Shown here piece by piece: positions 17,985 to 30,588 of a stretch of DNA of 64,000 bases. Within the stretch, counting starts at the first letter, position 1. Each line of letters opens with the position of its first letter. A model generated the notes under the pieces. That model did not search any database and was not told where the DNA came from. It saw nothing but the letters and a program-made list of their open reading frames with translations. The stretch lies in contig OZ024741.1 of NCBI GenBank assembly GCA_964016885.1, forward strand, positions 305,908,001 through 305,972,000, read 5' to 3'. Made by a program: the position numbers and the translations under genes. Source of the DNA: Eledone cirrhosa. Taxonomy: Eukaryota.

Positions 17985-18621
17985 ATTATTATTAGGCACA
18001 ACTATGAGTCGGTTAGATATTTATTATAGCTTCCTGCGCTCAGAGTTCAAATCCTGCCGAGGTTAACTTTACTTACGTGTTGATAAAAAAAAGTACCATT
18101 ACCAATACAGCCCTTTCTTCATTCATCTTGGATGTTCTGTTAGATCAAGGGACGAGAGAATGTTTGCTCGTGTACATAGAACAAAACAAAGAGCTTTGTC
18201 AGGAAGGAACCAATCCTTGCAACAGCAAAAAGATGAAAGCTCGCCTAGTACGAGCAAGTATCCCATTACGATTTCCTGTCCAAAACCTATTCCCCAGGGC
18301 ATAGTTGAAGGAGGGCTATGAAGAGACAGAGAAAGAGAATCCTGGTTCGGTACCATCAAAGACTGAACAGATTACACCATTGTAACCCTTCTTAATATGG
18401 CAGACGAAAGAGACCTGTAGCGACTGCTGACTGCTAAAACGTCTTGTGTGACACCCTAACGACTGGTTGCATCAGTTCATCAGTTACCAGAAGATTATAA
18501 TGAACAGCATAATAAATGTAAAATAGATTAAATGATAAATAGCATTTGAATTGAAAGAGGAAATTTATTATCATAACAAAGCTCTCTACATAAAACAACA
18601 TAATGTTAGGGGTATACTTAC

Positions 18622-18852
18622 ACACATCTTTCGGCTCATTTCTCTGTTGGCACTGTACATTGCTGTAATGCTGACAGCTAAGGGTTTTCTCAGAAAACAG
18701 TTGCATATAAGGGCACTCATTTTCAAAAGGACCCAGATACAAGTGAACGCTGTTGATTTGGCTACAGTTGAAGTAGAGGGCGCAGCCATCAGAGTGAGGC
18801 AGGAAACTACTAGGATTATCACGACAATATTCTTGCGGGCTGCTTACATCAC
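18622..18852 (-). CDS. Internal exon (231 bp, phase 1-1) of the chitin-binding protein, one CBM14-type domain
   Basis: ttttcag acceptor and gtaagt donor; YCRDNPSSFLPHSDGCALYFNC...ECPYMQLFSEKTLSCQHYSNVQCQQRNEPKDV(C); splices in frame to the 16042 exon. Confidence 0.9.
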
Positions 18853-18875
18853 CTGAAAATATTCAAACAGATATA

Positions 18876-19048
18876 CAGGAAAAATTCCGTTATAACGAAT
18901 ACCATTATAACGAATTTTTCAGTATAATAAATTTTTTTCAATCGTCGACCACACGCTCGATGTGTTAGGTCGATCTCGTTATAAAGAATTTTTCGTTACA
19001 ACGAAGTTTTTTATACCCCGTGAATTTCGTTATAACGGAATTTCACTG
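18876..19048. mobile_element. Tc1/pogo-type MITE
   Basis: TIRs caggaaaaattccgttataacgaa / ttcgttataacggaatttcactg flanked by TA. Confidence 0.8.
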
Positions 19049-19782
19049 TATATATATCTATATTAAAGGCTTTCAAATGTTTATTTATAAACATACCGTA
19101 TATCACTAGATATACAAACCCCCATCTCCCATCCACACACTCAGACACATACGGAAACAGATGAAACATGAAGATTAATGCTTACATAAAAACTTCAAAC
19201 ACACAAGAAACCTTTTATGAGATACAATGTCGTAGGAAGCTACCTAAACCTACATAGGATTGAACTGTAAATTTAATGTTTTTTTTTTTAAATATCAGCA
19301 TATCACACAATAAACAAACAATGCATTGCATCAAATCGAAAACAGAGACAAGTTCAAAATAATGACGAAAGCCGTGTATGTCACCCTAGAAAACATTCAA
19401 ACAAATACACAGCTACAACTACCTCCCATCGGCACACAGAGTTGACTACCCGCAGGTGTGAGCTGGAATGGTTCTTCCAGCGCTTCTCCCTCACCAACCT
19501 CCAGGAAAACGACTTCTCTATTTTTTCCGCCGGGGTCATGGGGCAGTCAACGCATGGGATCCCATTTGCTCATAATAGTAAGAGTTGGGGAGCGTGGGAG
19601 AGACGGAGGCAGTGACAGTAAGAGTTTGGTTCCTTTGTGTTCGGACCTGGTGTATATGTATATACGGACACACACCGTATGATTAATAGAAATCCTTTTG
19701 CTTACACTGTACTTCGGTCCCATACTTATCAACAATCATAATATAAGCGTATATTAATACAAAGCAACTAGAGTAGACATAA

Positions 19783-20085
19783 TCTCTATATATAAAACTG
19801 AGGATGTCTGCCTGTGTGTGTGTGAGTTTGAATCCCTAAAACTCGAGAACCACCCAACCGACTGTTTTCAAACTTTACACATGTAATACTTATGTTTCAG
19901 GGAGTGTTCTGAGCAAAAGAAATTTCAAATTTTCAATGCCCTAGGGACCGCATTAGGCGATTTATCGATGTCTCTCTATAATTTTTAGTCTTTCTCTTTC
20001 TAGGTAGATACATACATATAACGTCGCGCCCTTATAATATCTGTCTGTATGTCAGCATTACATCACTTCCCTGAGGATGTCTGTG

Positions 20086-20177
<92 letters not shown>

Positions 20178-20728
20178 AATCCCTAAAACTCGAGAAGTAG
20201 CCAACCGACTTTTTTTAAAACTTTATATGTGTATTACTTATGTTTCAGGGAGTGTTATGCACATAAAAAACTGCGTTTTTTTTCAGGTTTTTAGGGTCTT
20301 TTGAGGCGTTACGTCAGACCGATTTCCTTGAAATTGTAACTATGTATTAGTCAGTCTCTTCTTCATACTGTGAGCAAAGAAAATCCAACTTTTTTATGGT
20401 CTAGGGCCCACATTAGATGAAAAACTTCATTTGTTCAGCTTTTTAGGGCTTTTTTGAGGCTTTACGTCTAGCCGATTTTCCCAAAATTTCAAGGCATATT
20501 ATGCACATAAAAAAATTCATTTTCTTGATCCCCTAAGGCCCGCATTAGGTGAAAACCTGTATTTTTTCTGTTTCATCGAGGAAAATCTTAAATATTATCC
20601 AGCCATCAGAGTATTCGGTTTATTTTCTTTACATATTGTCCTGGCATGCAGTTTTTCCATAATTAGGTCTGTTGGCAGCCCGCGTTCCAAAATACCTTAT
20701 ACCGTGCAACGCCGGGTACCACTGCTAG
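19783..20728 (+). mobile_element. Non-autonomous Helitron-like element with internal duplication and (GT)n
   Basis: 5' A|TCtctatatataaaa; 3' ccgtgcaacgccggg hairpin then CTAG|T; ctgaggatgtctg...gaatccctaaaactcgagaa repeated at ~19798 and ~20071. Confidence 0.75.
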
Positions 20729-20929
20729 TGGAATATAAAACAGAAAAAATAAAGAAATGACATTCACACTCAATTACACTGGACTTTCTCCTCTAAAGTT
20801 TTTTTAGGCAAGCCAAGACACTCGTGACATTGCCGCGTGTGATAACAAGGTAAAGCAGTTGGAATAGTCAAGCGCCTTCACAAGCATCTCCAGATATTCC
20901 AGTAACAGGAGCTTCCTACAATAACAAAA

Positions 20930-22073
20930 AACCCGTTTTCAGCGGCACAGTGTATCGTTATAACGCCTACAATTTGCGACCGATTTCCTTCAACTTTGGA
21001 ACAACTATGCCTCATGTACCAAACATTATTTTGCTTTACGATCTGAGTTCAAATCCCGCCGAGGTTAACTTTGCCTTTCATCCTTACGGGGTCGATAAAA
21101 TAAAGTACCAGTAATGCACTGGGTAATTGCTGGCCTTGTGCCAAAAAGTAGAAACAATTATTTTGGACTAACCGATTTTTTGGAGTTTTAATCTAATTCG
21201 GGCCCTGTGTGAGAAAAACTGAATTAAAAAAAGTATCGACGTCAATAACGTCTACACTTTACAGTCGATTTTATTCAAATTTGCACTAATTATGCATTGT
21301 GTTCCTTTTAATATTTTTTACTCATAAAATTTTAGTTGTTCTGCCTACTGTAGCCCCTAGCAGCAGAAAATCAACTCAAACGACCACCTCAATTGCATAG
21401 TTTACTGCTTGGTCCATGAGGGTTTATTGACTTTTCCCCACTAGCATAGCACGTAATGCACAGATGTTTAGTACAAAGGACGCATTTCATAAGACATCGG
21501 TTGTACCAGAAAAAGCTTAATTGGTGAAAAAGAATTAGAACGGATTTATTGAAAAAGCCCCCACCAACGAGAGTGTATGTATGTGTGAGTGTATGTGTGA
21601 TAATTTTTACTTCATTTGCACAATAGAAAAAAACACACCTTTGTCTCATTTTCTACATGGATATGTATGTCTGTGAGTGTGTGTGTGTGCATTCATTAGG
21701 TTCGTGATTAAATACACGCACACATCTACACATATGTAGCAACTGACCAAAAACGAGGTGAAAAGCTTTGCGTGTGTCTGCATGAATGTATGTCTGTCTT
21801 AGCATATGTATATGAGAGTGTATGTGTGTAGCAGCAATCTATTCATTTGAACACCAACAAAAAATTACACAATGAATATTGTAAACACTAAGGTGCTTCA
21901 AGAATGACAGATTTTCATTTCTAAATTCTATTATCATTACAATTTCGATATTTTTTTAATGAAATATAGATATTTTGAAATAGATACGAGAAAAAAACAT
22001 ATCTTCATATTTATTGTTTACTAATCTAAGTAAGGACAGCAGTAACCCAGGCAACGCCGAGTAATACAGCTAG
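20930..22073 (+). mobile_element. Second Helitron-like remnant (5' end uncertain) containing a SINE fragment
   Basis: 3' end ccaggcaacgccgagtaatacagCTAG|T at 22070-22073; internal motifs resemble those of 19783-20728. Confidence 0.5.
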
Positions 22074-22080
22074 TATATAT

Positions 22081-22129
<49 letters not shown>

Positions 22130-22222
22130 AATGAAGTATTTCCGTAGGAAAGGTAAAGGAAAAGAGAGTGCTCTATGTAGGATACAGAGCTTTTTAGTTA
22201 TGTAATAAACAACATAAAATAA

Positions 22223-22290
22223 TTATTTCATTTACCAGTGATTTCTTGAAGACAAATATTTATGTCTGTCTTCATTCATCAGAAAAATAA
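22223..22290 (-). ncRNA. Hammerhead motif, family G
   Basis: Reverse complement: ttattttt-CTGATGA-atgaagaca...tgtcttcaa-GAAA-tcactgg-TA-aatgaaataa. Confidence 0.7.
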
Positions 22291-22792
22291 TATGAAATAT
22301 TTATTTAATATGGATTTGAAAACAGAGTTTAGGATAAACTTTGTTTTCAAATCCTTATTAAATAAATATTTCATATGTAAATGAGGTTGGTGTTAGGAAG
22401 GGCATCCATCTATAGAAATCAAGCTAGAATCAGTTCCCGCCCCACCCTTGCAAGCAGGGAAAAGAGGACGTAAAAAAAAAAAAATAAAAATAAATATATA
22501 TATATACATAGTGCTTATTCACGTGACATTCAACAACCAACCAAATTTTAATACCTTCCAAGCCACTTTCTTCACATAAAACAGGAAGAATTTCCAAAAC
22601 TGATCAGATTAGAGGAAAAATCACAGGCACTCTATCTCCAAATTATTTAAAAAAAGCAAAAGAAATACGCAACAGGTAAAAACTTAAAACTAAAACTGAA
22701 TACTAACTAATACTTATTACTAATTTATACTTATTCCTAATTAAACTATTTTTCACTGGAAAAAATTTGTCAGCATTTTCTTTTCCTTTTTA

Positions 22793-22850
<58 letters not shown>

Positions 22851-22853
<3 letters not shown>

Positions 22854-24345
22854 CGTTTCTGAATTTGTTTAGCAAGATTCTTTATCTGAAAACGTGTGTT
22901 CAAACCGATATTGTTATGCTTTGGCAGGGTCATGTTGCCAATAAGAAACACACGCACCAGTTGTCTCACTTCGATTTATTATAAATTAAATTTATAAATT
23001 TAGGAATTTATAAATTTCCGGTTGGTTGGTTGGTTCCACAACCAGACGATAGTTCATATATTGTCAAAGTTCTTTCGTCACACATTCTGTGACCTCTTCA
23101 GTGACTGGGGATTCTTTTCTTTGTTTTTGTGCCTCTCCTTTGTTCTGTCCTACGCCATCTTGTTTTTGTGTGTGCTGTGTGCTTAGTTTGCATCCGGGTG
23201 TCTGTGTGTGTTTATATTTGTTTATTTATTTATTTATTTACATGTTACTGGTTGGTTGTTTGTTCTATGTGTGTGTGTGTTTTCATTTTGTCCTTAATTG
23301 TAAGTTGTGATGTTGCTATTCCATTCATGTTTTCTATTTAATTTTGGTTGGGGTTCATTTATATTTATTGCCTCTGTGATTTGTCTAACCATTGCGTCTT
23401 TTCTGTGTGTAGATTCTATTTTTATTTCTATGTTCTCTAATTTACCCTTATGTTCTATTTTAGTATGTTGGTGGAGTACAGATGATTCTTTACTATCTTG
23501 AAGGTCTCGCCAGTGTTCATTTATCCGTTCCCCTACACTACGAGCTGTCTCACCTATGTACACTATATTCTTATCTCTACATTGTCCTTCAGTACATCTT
23601 ATGCTATATACTACATTTCTAGTTTTACAGTTAATATGGGGGCTTAGTTTACAGATTATATATTTCTTATCTATACATGAGGGTCTTTGAAAAGGGTATG
23701 TATTGCTAATAAGTGTTTTTATGGAGGTACCTGGTCTTTCTACTATCTTAATATTGAGTTTATGTTTATCTAGGGCCTTTCTAAATTTGTAAGCTAATTC
23801 ACCTCTAGGGGATGTATTGATGAACATTACACTTATTGCTATCATACCATGAGTTTATTCTATTAACCTTATTCCTAGTTCTTTCTATTCTATTCCAAAA
23901 TTTGCTCCTATACAAGGGGCAGGTCCCATTTGTATCATTATTTACCATTTTTTCACATTATGCCAAACCCATGACTTCCAAATATCTGATCCACCGAAAC
24001 TCAGCTGTTTCGGACCATACCAAAATCAACATACTGGTGATGGGAAACGTGTTCTGCATGTGCAACCCAAAAAAACTAGAGAGACACATACAACACTTCA
24101 TCCACCGTATGCAGTTCTCTGGTTACAATCAGAGAGATAAAATCAGAGTATATAGAGGAGCCAGAACCAAATGGGAAAAAATGGTAAATAATGATACAAA
24201 TGGAACCTGCCCCTTGTATAGGAGCAAATTTTGGAATAGAATAGAAAGAACTAGGAATAAGGTTAATAGAATAAACTCATGGTATGATAGCAATAAATAC
24301 CAGAGTGTAATGTTCATCAATACAACCCCTAGATGTGAATTAAGT
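22851..24345 (-). mobile_element. 5'-truncated Penelope-like element (same family as 3901-7050) with internal inversion
   Basis: Minus-strand GIY-YIG ORF 23294-23845 (NVVYSIRC...YIGETARS); ~23956-24340 is a plus-strand copy of the ~5755-6160 region. Confidence 0.92.
23063..23105 (-). ncRNA. Hammerhead ribozyme of the Penelope terminal repeat (family C), intact core
   Basis: Reverse complement: gtca-CTGAAGA-g-gtcaca gaatg tgtgac-GAAA-gaac-TT-tgac. Confidence 0.8.
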
Positions 24346-24359
24346 TTGTTTTATAAATA

Positions 24360-24486
24360 TTGACATATCCAAAATCACCCTCCTCACCAAGTAAACTTGG
24401 TGGGGTTGCTGGTTTAGTCGCCCGACCATGTGACAGGATGTACTGGGTTACATGTTCCCAGTAGCACTCAAGAGTGACCCGACACA
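24360..24486 (-). mobile_element. Diverged 5' fragment related to the 610-bp bipartite RTE-derived element
   Basis: Reverse complement gggtcactcttgagtgctactggg...ggcgactaaaccagcaaccccaccaag aligns with ~29979-30105. Confidence 0.75.
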
Positions 24487-24971
24487 TATAATGACCCTAA
24501 TGACCCTACGATATAATATGTTTTATAATATCTTTGAGATTTTTGATATTTAGGTGTTTCTCTACATTCGGGATTGTATATCATACAGGTGTATGCAAAA
24601 AAATGATTTAATAATTCAGCCCACATAATAATATCAATTGCCTGCTTCAACTGCCTGACCCTGCAAGTAACAATCTGACGCACTCTAATCCTGTATAAAT
24701 AAGACACGTGTGCATGCTACACGTGAGATTGTTTCATACACTGACTACTCTAAACTTTCCTCTTGCTTTATCTTCATAAGCTGCCAATGCTTCATTTTTA
24801 TCTTTATTTTTATTTTTATTTTTATTTTTATCCTTTAACCTTTATATATAAATTGCCATGCTATATCATTTTGATGGATGTCATCCCACTGTGGGTCAAT
24901 ACGTGCATATGTTTTTTTATATGTCTCTTGTGTTGAAAAGGAGGTCAAGTATGTTATAGATCACTTAATAG

Positions 24972-25020
24972 TTGCTCCGAAGAATCCGAACCTCGGTTTG
25001 GAGGAAACAATTGTAAGCAA
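24972..25020 (+). ncRNA. Hammerhead motif, family H (U4>C variant)
   Basis: ttgct-CCGAAGA-atccgaac ctcg gtttggag-GAAA-caattg-TA-agcaa. Confidence 0.7.
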
Positions 25021-25237
25021 ATAAATGATTTAAGCTGAACTTTGATTATTGTAATCTCTATATAACTGCTCTGTAAAACAACCTATGTTACTACATTGAG
25101 CTATTTATCTTACTGGTAATAAGATAGTAATTAATGACTATCTTTCACTATTTAGGGTTTGTATAAAAAATATATAACCATAAAAGGCTTTATTACATAC
25201 ATAACCATAAATAGTATCCTTAATACTATATATATAT

Positions 25238-25303
<66 letters not shown>

Positions 25304-25316
25304 ATACATATATATA

Positions 25317-25349
<33 letters not shown>

Positions 25350-25376
25350 GTGTATATACACACACATATATATATA

Positions 25377-25406
<30 letters not shown>

Positions 25407-25407
<1 letters not shown>

Positions 25408-26420
25408 CATCATCAACGTTTAACGTCCGTGTTCCACGCTTGCATGGGTTTGGACGGGGGTAGTCCCACTTGAGGCAAGAGTGATTGTCTTGCTCGCATA
25501 GGACTGTCTGGCAGGTTTTCTACAGTTGGAAGCCCTTCCTAACACCAACCACATTTACAGTGTGGGTCTGGGAGGTTTTTACCGTGTTGCCTACACGGCC
25601 ACATTACAGCGTGGACTGTGTGTTTTTTTGTCGTGACACCTACACGATCTCATTTGTTTCGGCCTCTCATTTGTTTCGGCCTGGATGGCGCGGCACCAAC
25701 ATAACTTTATATAGAACGGGGTGGTGTGGATGGGGTGGGGGTGGTGGCGGGACGGGGTGTATTTTGTTAGAGATGCCTACTGGCAAGGCGGGTCTTCTCT
25801 GTTACTGAGTACCGCCAAAGGTCTCGGTCCAGTGACATTGTCTTGGAGAGGTGTAAGTGTGTGAGGTCGGAGTTTATCAGCTCGTCCCAGGTTTTTCTAG
25901 GTCTGCCTATTCCGTGGCTACCGTCTATCTTTATTGCCCTGCACTTTGTTATACAGCTATCGACTTTCATGCGCATCACGTGACCATACCAACGTAGCCT
26001 TCTCTCGAGTAAACAACATCTGATCCCTCTTATCTCTAATTTTTTTCCTTAGTTCGTTTATGCTTTGCTGTTCACGTATATTACTGTTACACATCCAGCG
26101 GAGCATGCAAGCTTCGTTCCTCTCTAGTCTGCGTATATCCTCTGCACACAATGCCCAGGTCTCACTGCCATGCAACATTGCTGTTCGTATGCAGGCATCG
26201 TACAACCTGCCTTTCATTTTTAGGGAGAACCCTTTAGCAGCTAATAGTGGTATAAGCTCTCTGAACTTTTTCCAACCAGTTCTGACTCTAGCTACAGTAC
26301 TTTCAGAGCACCTTCCCCCACTGCTGATTTTATCGCCCAGGTAACGGAAGCTGTCCACTATTTCTATAGAACCCTCTGCGCAATTGAAAGAGCTAGTATT
26401 TTGTGGGCACTTGCTGCTAC
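25407..26420 (-). mobile_element. 5'-truncated RTE-clade LINE (subfamily 2)
   Basis: [10 protein letters not shown]...GWKKFREL...MLHGSETW...GRPRKTW; 3' UTR ends ggacgttaaacg + (tga)n. Confidence 0.92.
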
Positions 26421-26471
26421 TTATATATATATATATATGTGTATATACACATATATATATATATATATATA

Positions 26472-26605
<134 letters not shown>

Positions 26606-27048
26606 CATATATATATATACATCCAAAATTATAAATAGCAGCCGAGTCCTTTCAACTGAGTTAGCTCTACAATTAAGGAGCCGTGTATATATCCAAAATT
26701 AATTTAATTATATTAAATTAAGGGAGACATGTTCGAGATAAGCGCCATATCCACTGTAGAATAAGCTCAAAGATTCCAATGAATAGATCCGAGCATTTTA
26801 TATCAACTAGAAATTGATTGACATATATATATATATTTAAAATAAACACATGAAACAATCACAGGGGATAATTTGTAAAGTGTCTAGTCACACATTGAAA
26901 GGACTCGGCTGCTATTTATAGCTGCCGATCACTCTATTCACGCCACTGGGATGACTCTAGCATGTTGTTAGTAGTTTTAGAATTGCAACACGTGTGATGG
27001 GTCACTTGCAGATTTGCATTTGATGTGTAAACACAGATAGTTAAATAT

Positions 27049-27138
27049 TCTCCCTTGCTGAAGATCCGGAATTTGACTCCTGTGACTTTACGGATTAATG
27101 GTGAAATATATTTCTTTAATGAAATATATACAAGAAGA
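27049..27138 (+). ncRNA. Hammerhead motif, family I, with branched stem II
   Basis: tctcccttg-CTGAAGA-[tccg..cgga hairpin; attaa..gaaatatatttc..ttaat hairpin]-GAAA-tata-TA-caagaaga; inside an element with inverted arms ~26800-26882 / ~27218-27297. Confidence 0.6.
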
Positions 27139-27349
27139 TTAATCATTTTTAAAAGGTAATATTTGAAGCTCTAGTTAAACTTTAATTAGTTACCTACCTA
27201 GCTCTGTGTGATTACACGCTTTACAAATTATCCCCTGTGATTGTTTCATGTGTTTATTTTAAATATATATATATGTCAATCAATTTCTAGTTGATATATA
27301 CATATATATATATATGTATATATAAACATATATATACATATATATATAC

Positions 27350-27396
<47 letters not shown>

Positions 27397-27584
27397 AACA
27401 TATATATACATATATATATACGTATATATATATATATATATATGAATATATATACAACTATAAATTATGTAAGATAATACATAATTTAAAAAAAATTTAG
27501 AAATTAAAAGTTAATGAGGTTTATGAATGGTGATGCTTATGATTAAAGAAAAATGAATTAAGAATACTATTTATTTAAGGTATA

Positions 27585-27850
27585 TACAACTAATCTAAGC
27601 TTAATTATTCGATTACTAACGCGAACTACCTCTATTGTCTCATTGATCCATCTCTGAGTCAAGAAAATGTCTACTCCCCCTAACCCAGCATCCTTACCTA
27701 CCCAGAAAAGCTTATAGCTAAGATGTTTGCCTACGACTAATCTCGCACACATCCACATGCCTTCTCTCCAGCATCTCCGCTATTTCAGCAGATCTACCTC
27801 TGAGAGTGCCAACATTAAGTGTTGCAACTCTGAGATGCGACATCTTCATA
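27585..27850 (-). pseudogene. APE endonuclease remnant of an RTE-type LINE
   Basis: YKLFWVGKDAGLGGVDIFLTQRWINETIEVVRVSNRIIKLRLV. Confidence 0.7.
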
Positions 27851-28053
27851 TTTTGTTGTTCCTATAAACTTGTTGCTGTGCTGATAAGCGTTTTGGCATT
27901 GATACACTGGTTGGATGCCCTTCCTAACACCAGCGCCACTTTACAGCATGGACTGGGTGCTTTTATTTGTGCCACCAGCATTAGAGAGGATGTCTTACTA
28001 GACTCAAAGGCCCTCTCTACCCCTCCATTTTACAGTATTGTCATAAAAAAAAG

Positions 28054-28126
<73 letters not shown>

Positions 28127-28127
28127 T

Positions 28128-28172
<45 letters not shown>

Positions 28173-28173
28173 T

Positions 28174-28228
<55 letters not shown>

Positions 28229-28229
28229 T

Positions 28230-28276
<47 letters not shown>

Positions 28277-28283
28277 TATACAT

Positions 28284-28368
<85 letters not shown>

Positions 28369-28726
28369 CATACATATGTATATCTACATACATATGTATA
28401 TATATATACATACATATGTATATATACATATGTATGTATATATACATATGTATGTATATATACATACATATGTATATATATATACATATACATATATATA
28501 TATATACATAGATATATATATATATAGATACATATATATAGATATACATACATATATATATATATATACATACATATATATATATTTAGAAACATATATA
28601 TAGATATACATACATATATATAGATATACATACATATATATATATATATACATACATATATATATATATAGATACATATATATAGATATACATACATATA
28701 TATATATATAGATATATATACACATA

Positions 28727-29010
28727 TTCTCAGACCGGGTGATGTGTTGTTTCCTTGAGCAAGACACTTTATTTCACATTGCTCCAGTTTACTCAGCTGT
28801 AGAAATGAGATGATAGGGACTGGGGTCCATATCACTCCACTGCAAAGTGGTCGTGGAGGTGCCACGGCAAAAAAAGCACCCAGCACTCACTGAAAATGAG
28901 GTTGGTATTAGGAAGGGCATCCAGCTGTAGAAATCAAGCCAGAATCAGTTCCCGTCCCACCCTTGCAAGCAGGGAAAAAGCGGACGTAAAATGAAATGAT
29001 GATGATGATG
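28727..29010 (+). mobile_element. 5'-truncated CORE-type tRNA-SINE with RTE-derived tail
   Basis: tccttgagcaagacacttt CORE-like block; tail shared with the RTE 3' UTR; ends in (tga)n. Confidence 0.85.
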
Positions 29011-29020
29011 ATATACACAC

Positions 29021-29064
<44 letters not shown>

Positions 29065-29084
29065 CATTCTTTCATTTCATTTCA

Positions 29085-29409
29085 TTTTACGTCCGCTTTT
29101 CCCTGCTTGCAAGGCTAGGACAGGAACTGATTCTGGCTTGATTTCTACAGCTGGATGCCCTTCCTAACACCAACCTCATTTACAGTGAGTGCTGGGTGCT
29201 TTTTTTGCCGTGGCACCTCCACGACCACTTTGCAGTGGAATGATAGGGACCCCTGTCCCTATCATCTCATTTCTACAGCTGAGTAAACTGGAGCAATGTG
29301 AAGTAAAGTGTCTTGCTCAAGGAAACAACACATCACCCGGTCTGAGAATTGAACTCACAACCGTTTGATTGCAAGGCCAATGCTCTAACCACTAAGCCAT
29401 GTGCCTCCA
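29085..29409 (-). mobile_element. Full-length CORE-type tRNA-SINE
   Basis: Reverse strand: A box tggcttagtgg, B box gagttcaattc, CORE-like block, RTE-like tail. Confidence 0.88.
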
Positions 29410-29978
29410 TATATATATATATATGTATATATATGTATATATATATATGTATATACTAGATCTTGTAGTTTAAATTTGAATTAAACGCAAGTAGTGGAGA
29501 TAGATAATATATACTGCTATATAATTAGACATTATAGAAATATATATTTTTGACAGTATGTTTAGTAATGACACAAATAGGTTAATGTGTGATACTTTTG
29601 ACAGAGAAAGTAAGGGGAAATTGTTTAAAAAACAAACAAATTCATGTAAAATACACAAATGTTTGTATGCATGCATGTATGCATGTGTGTATGTATGTAT
29701 GTATGTATGTATGTATGTATGTATGTATGTATGTATGTATGTATGTATGTATGACATGTGTGTATATGTGTGCATGAGTGTGTGCACATATGTATGTTTG
29801 TATGTATGTATGAATGTGTGTATGTATGTATGTATGTATTTATGTTTGTTTGTTTGTATGTATGCATGTATATATGTATGTATATATGTGTATGTATTTA
29901 CATATGTATGTATGTTTAATTGTTTGTCTGTATATATCTCTATATATATCTCTGTATGTATGTATATATGTATGATAT

Positions 29979-30588
29979 GTCAGGTCACCAGTTGGTGCTA
30001 CTGGTAACATGTATCCCAGTACAACCTGTCTCATGGTCGGGTCGTTGGCGACTAAACTGGCAACCCCACCAAGGTTTCTTGGTGAGGAGGGTGACTTTGG
30101 ACATCCTGCAGGACTAAAAACAAAACCTGTCAAAGGGCAAGGGAGCTCTTAAGACTCAATAGCCATCCAAAATCACCGGGAGAGATGACCCCTTAGCCTT
30201 TGTCAAGGCAGAATTCTAGGAGAAGGAAAACTCTGATATAACACCTGCAACCCTGATGGTATCCAATGATGTTGACTTGTTCTTCTTTTTGGTAAATATC
30301 ATCTTGGTTAAGAGAGTGGGACTGGCTTTGTGCAGTGCCTTTGCTCACTATAAAAGCTTCACAGCACAGGCATTGCTTTATATCTGGAGATCTCTCTGCA
30401 CTTGTCGTCACATGGTGCCATGGGCCCTGCACTGTGTGTCAATAATGGTCACAGGTGTAGTCTTTGTACCAGAGTTTTCAAGTCGCTGGCTGGACTGGGA
30501 AGTCACATTCGTTCAGCGCATCGGTAGGGGTTCTCCTACATGGATATAAAGTAGTGGCCGTACTCGAAAACGAGTTGGCAGCCACCAT
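29979..30588 (+). mobile_element. 610-bp bipartite non-autonomous RTE-derived retroelement, copy 1
   Basis: RTE-like 5' UTR motif ggagaaggaaaactctg; 3' part encodes [23 protein letters not shown] (30456-30527); terminal stem-loop ctcg aaaa cgag. Confidence 0.85.

Noticed and set aside
18440-18495. Reverse-strand CTGATGA-actg...cagt
   Set aside because: No GAAA/UH downstream and no stem I partner.
19421-19570. GC-richer segment as a possible exon (IPCVDCPMTPAEK)
   Set aside because: No acceptor/donor pair giving an open frame compatible with the 18852 exon.
20778-20915. Candidate upstream exon of the chitin-binding gene (AG...GT bounded, PCYHTRQCHECLG)
   Set aside because: All three frames contain a stop and there is no in-frame ATG after it; needs RNA-seq.
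29330-29409. tRNA gene
   Set aside because: tRNA-like A/B boxes continue into SINE body and LINE tail, with no proper acceptor stem.
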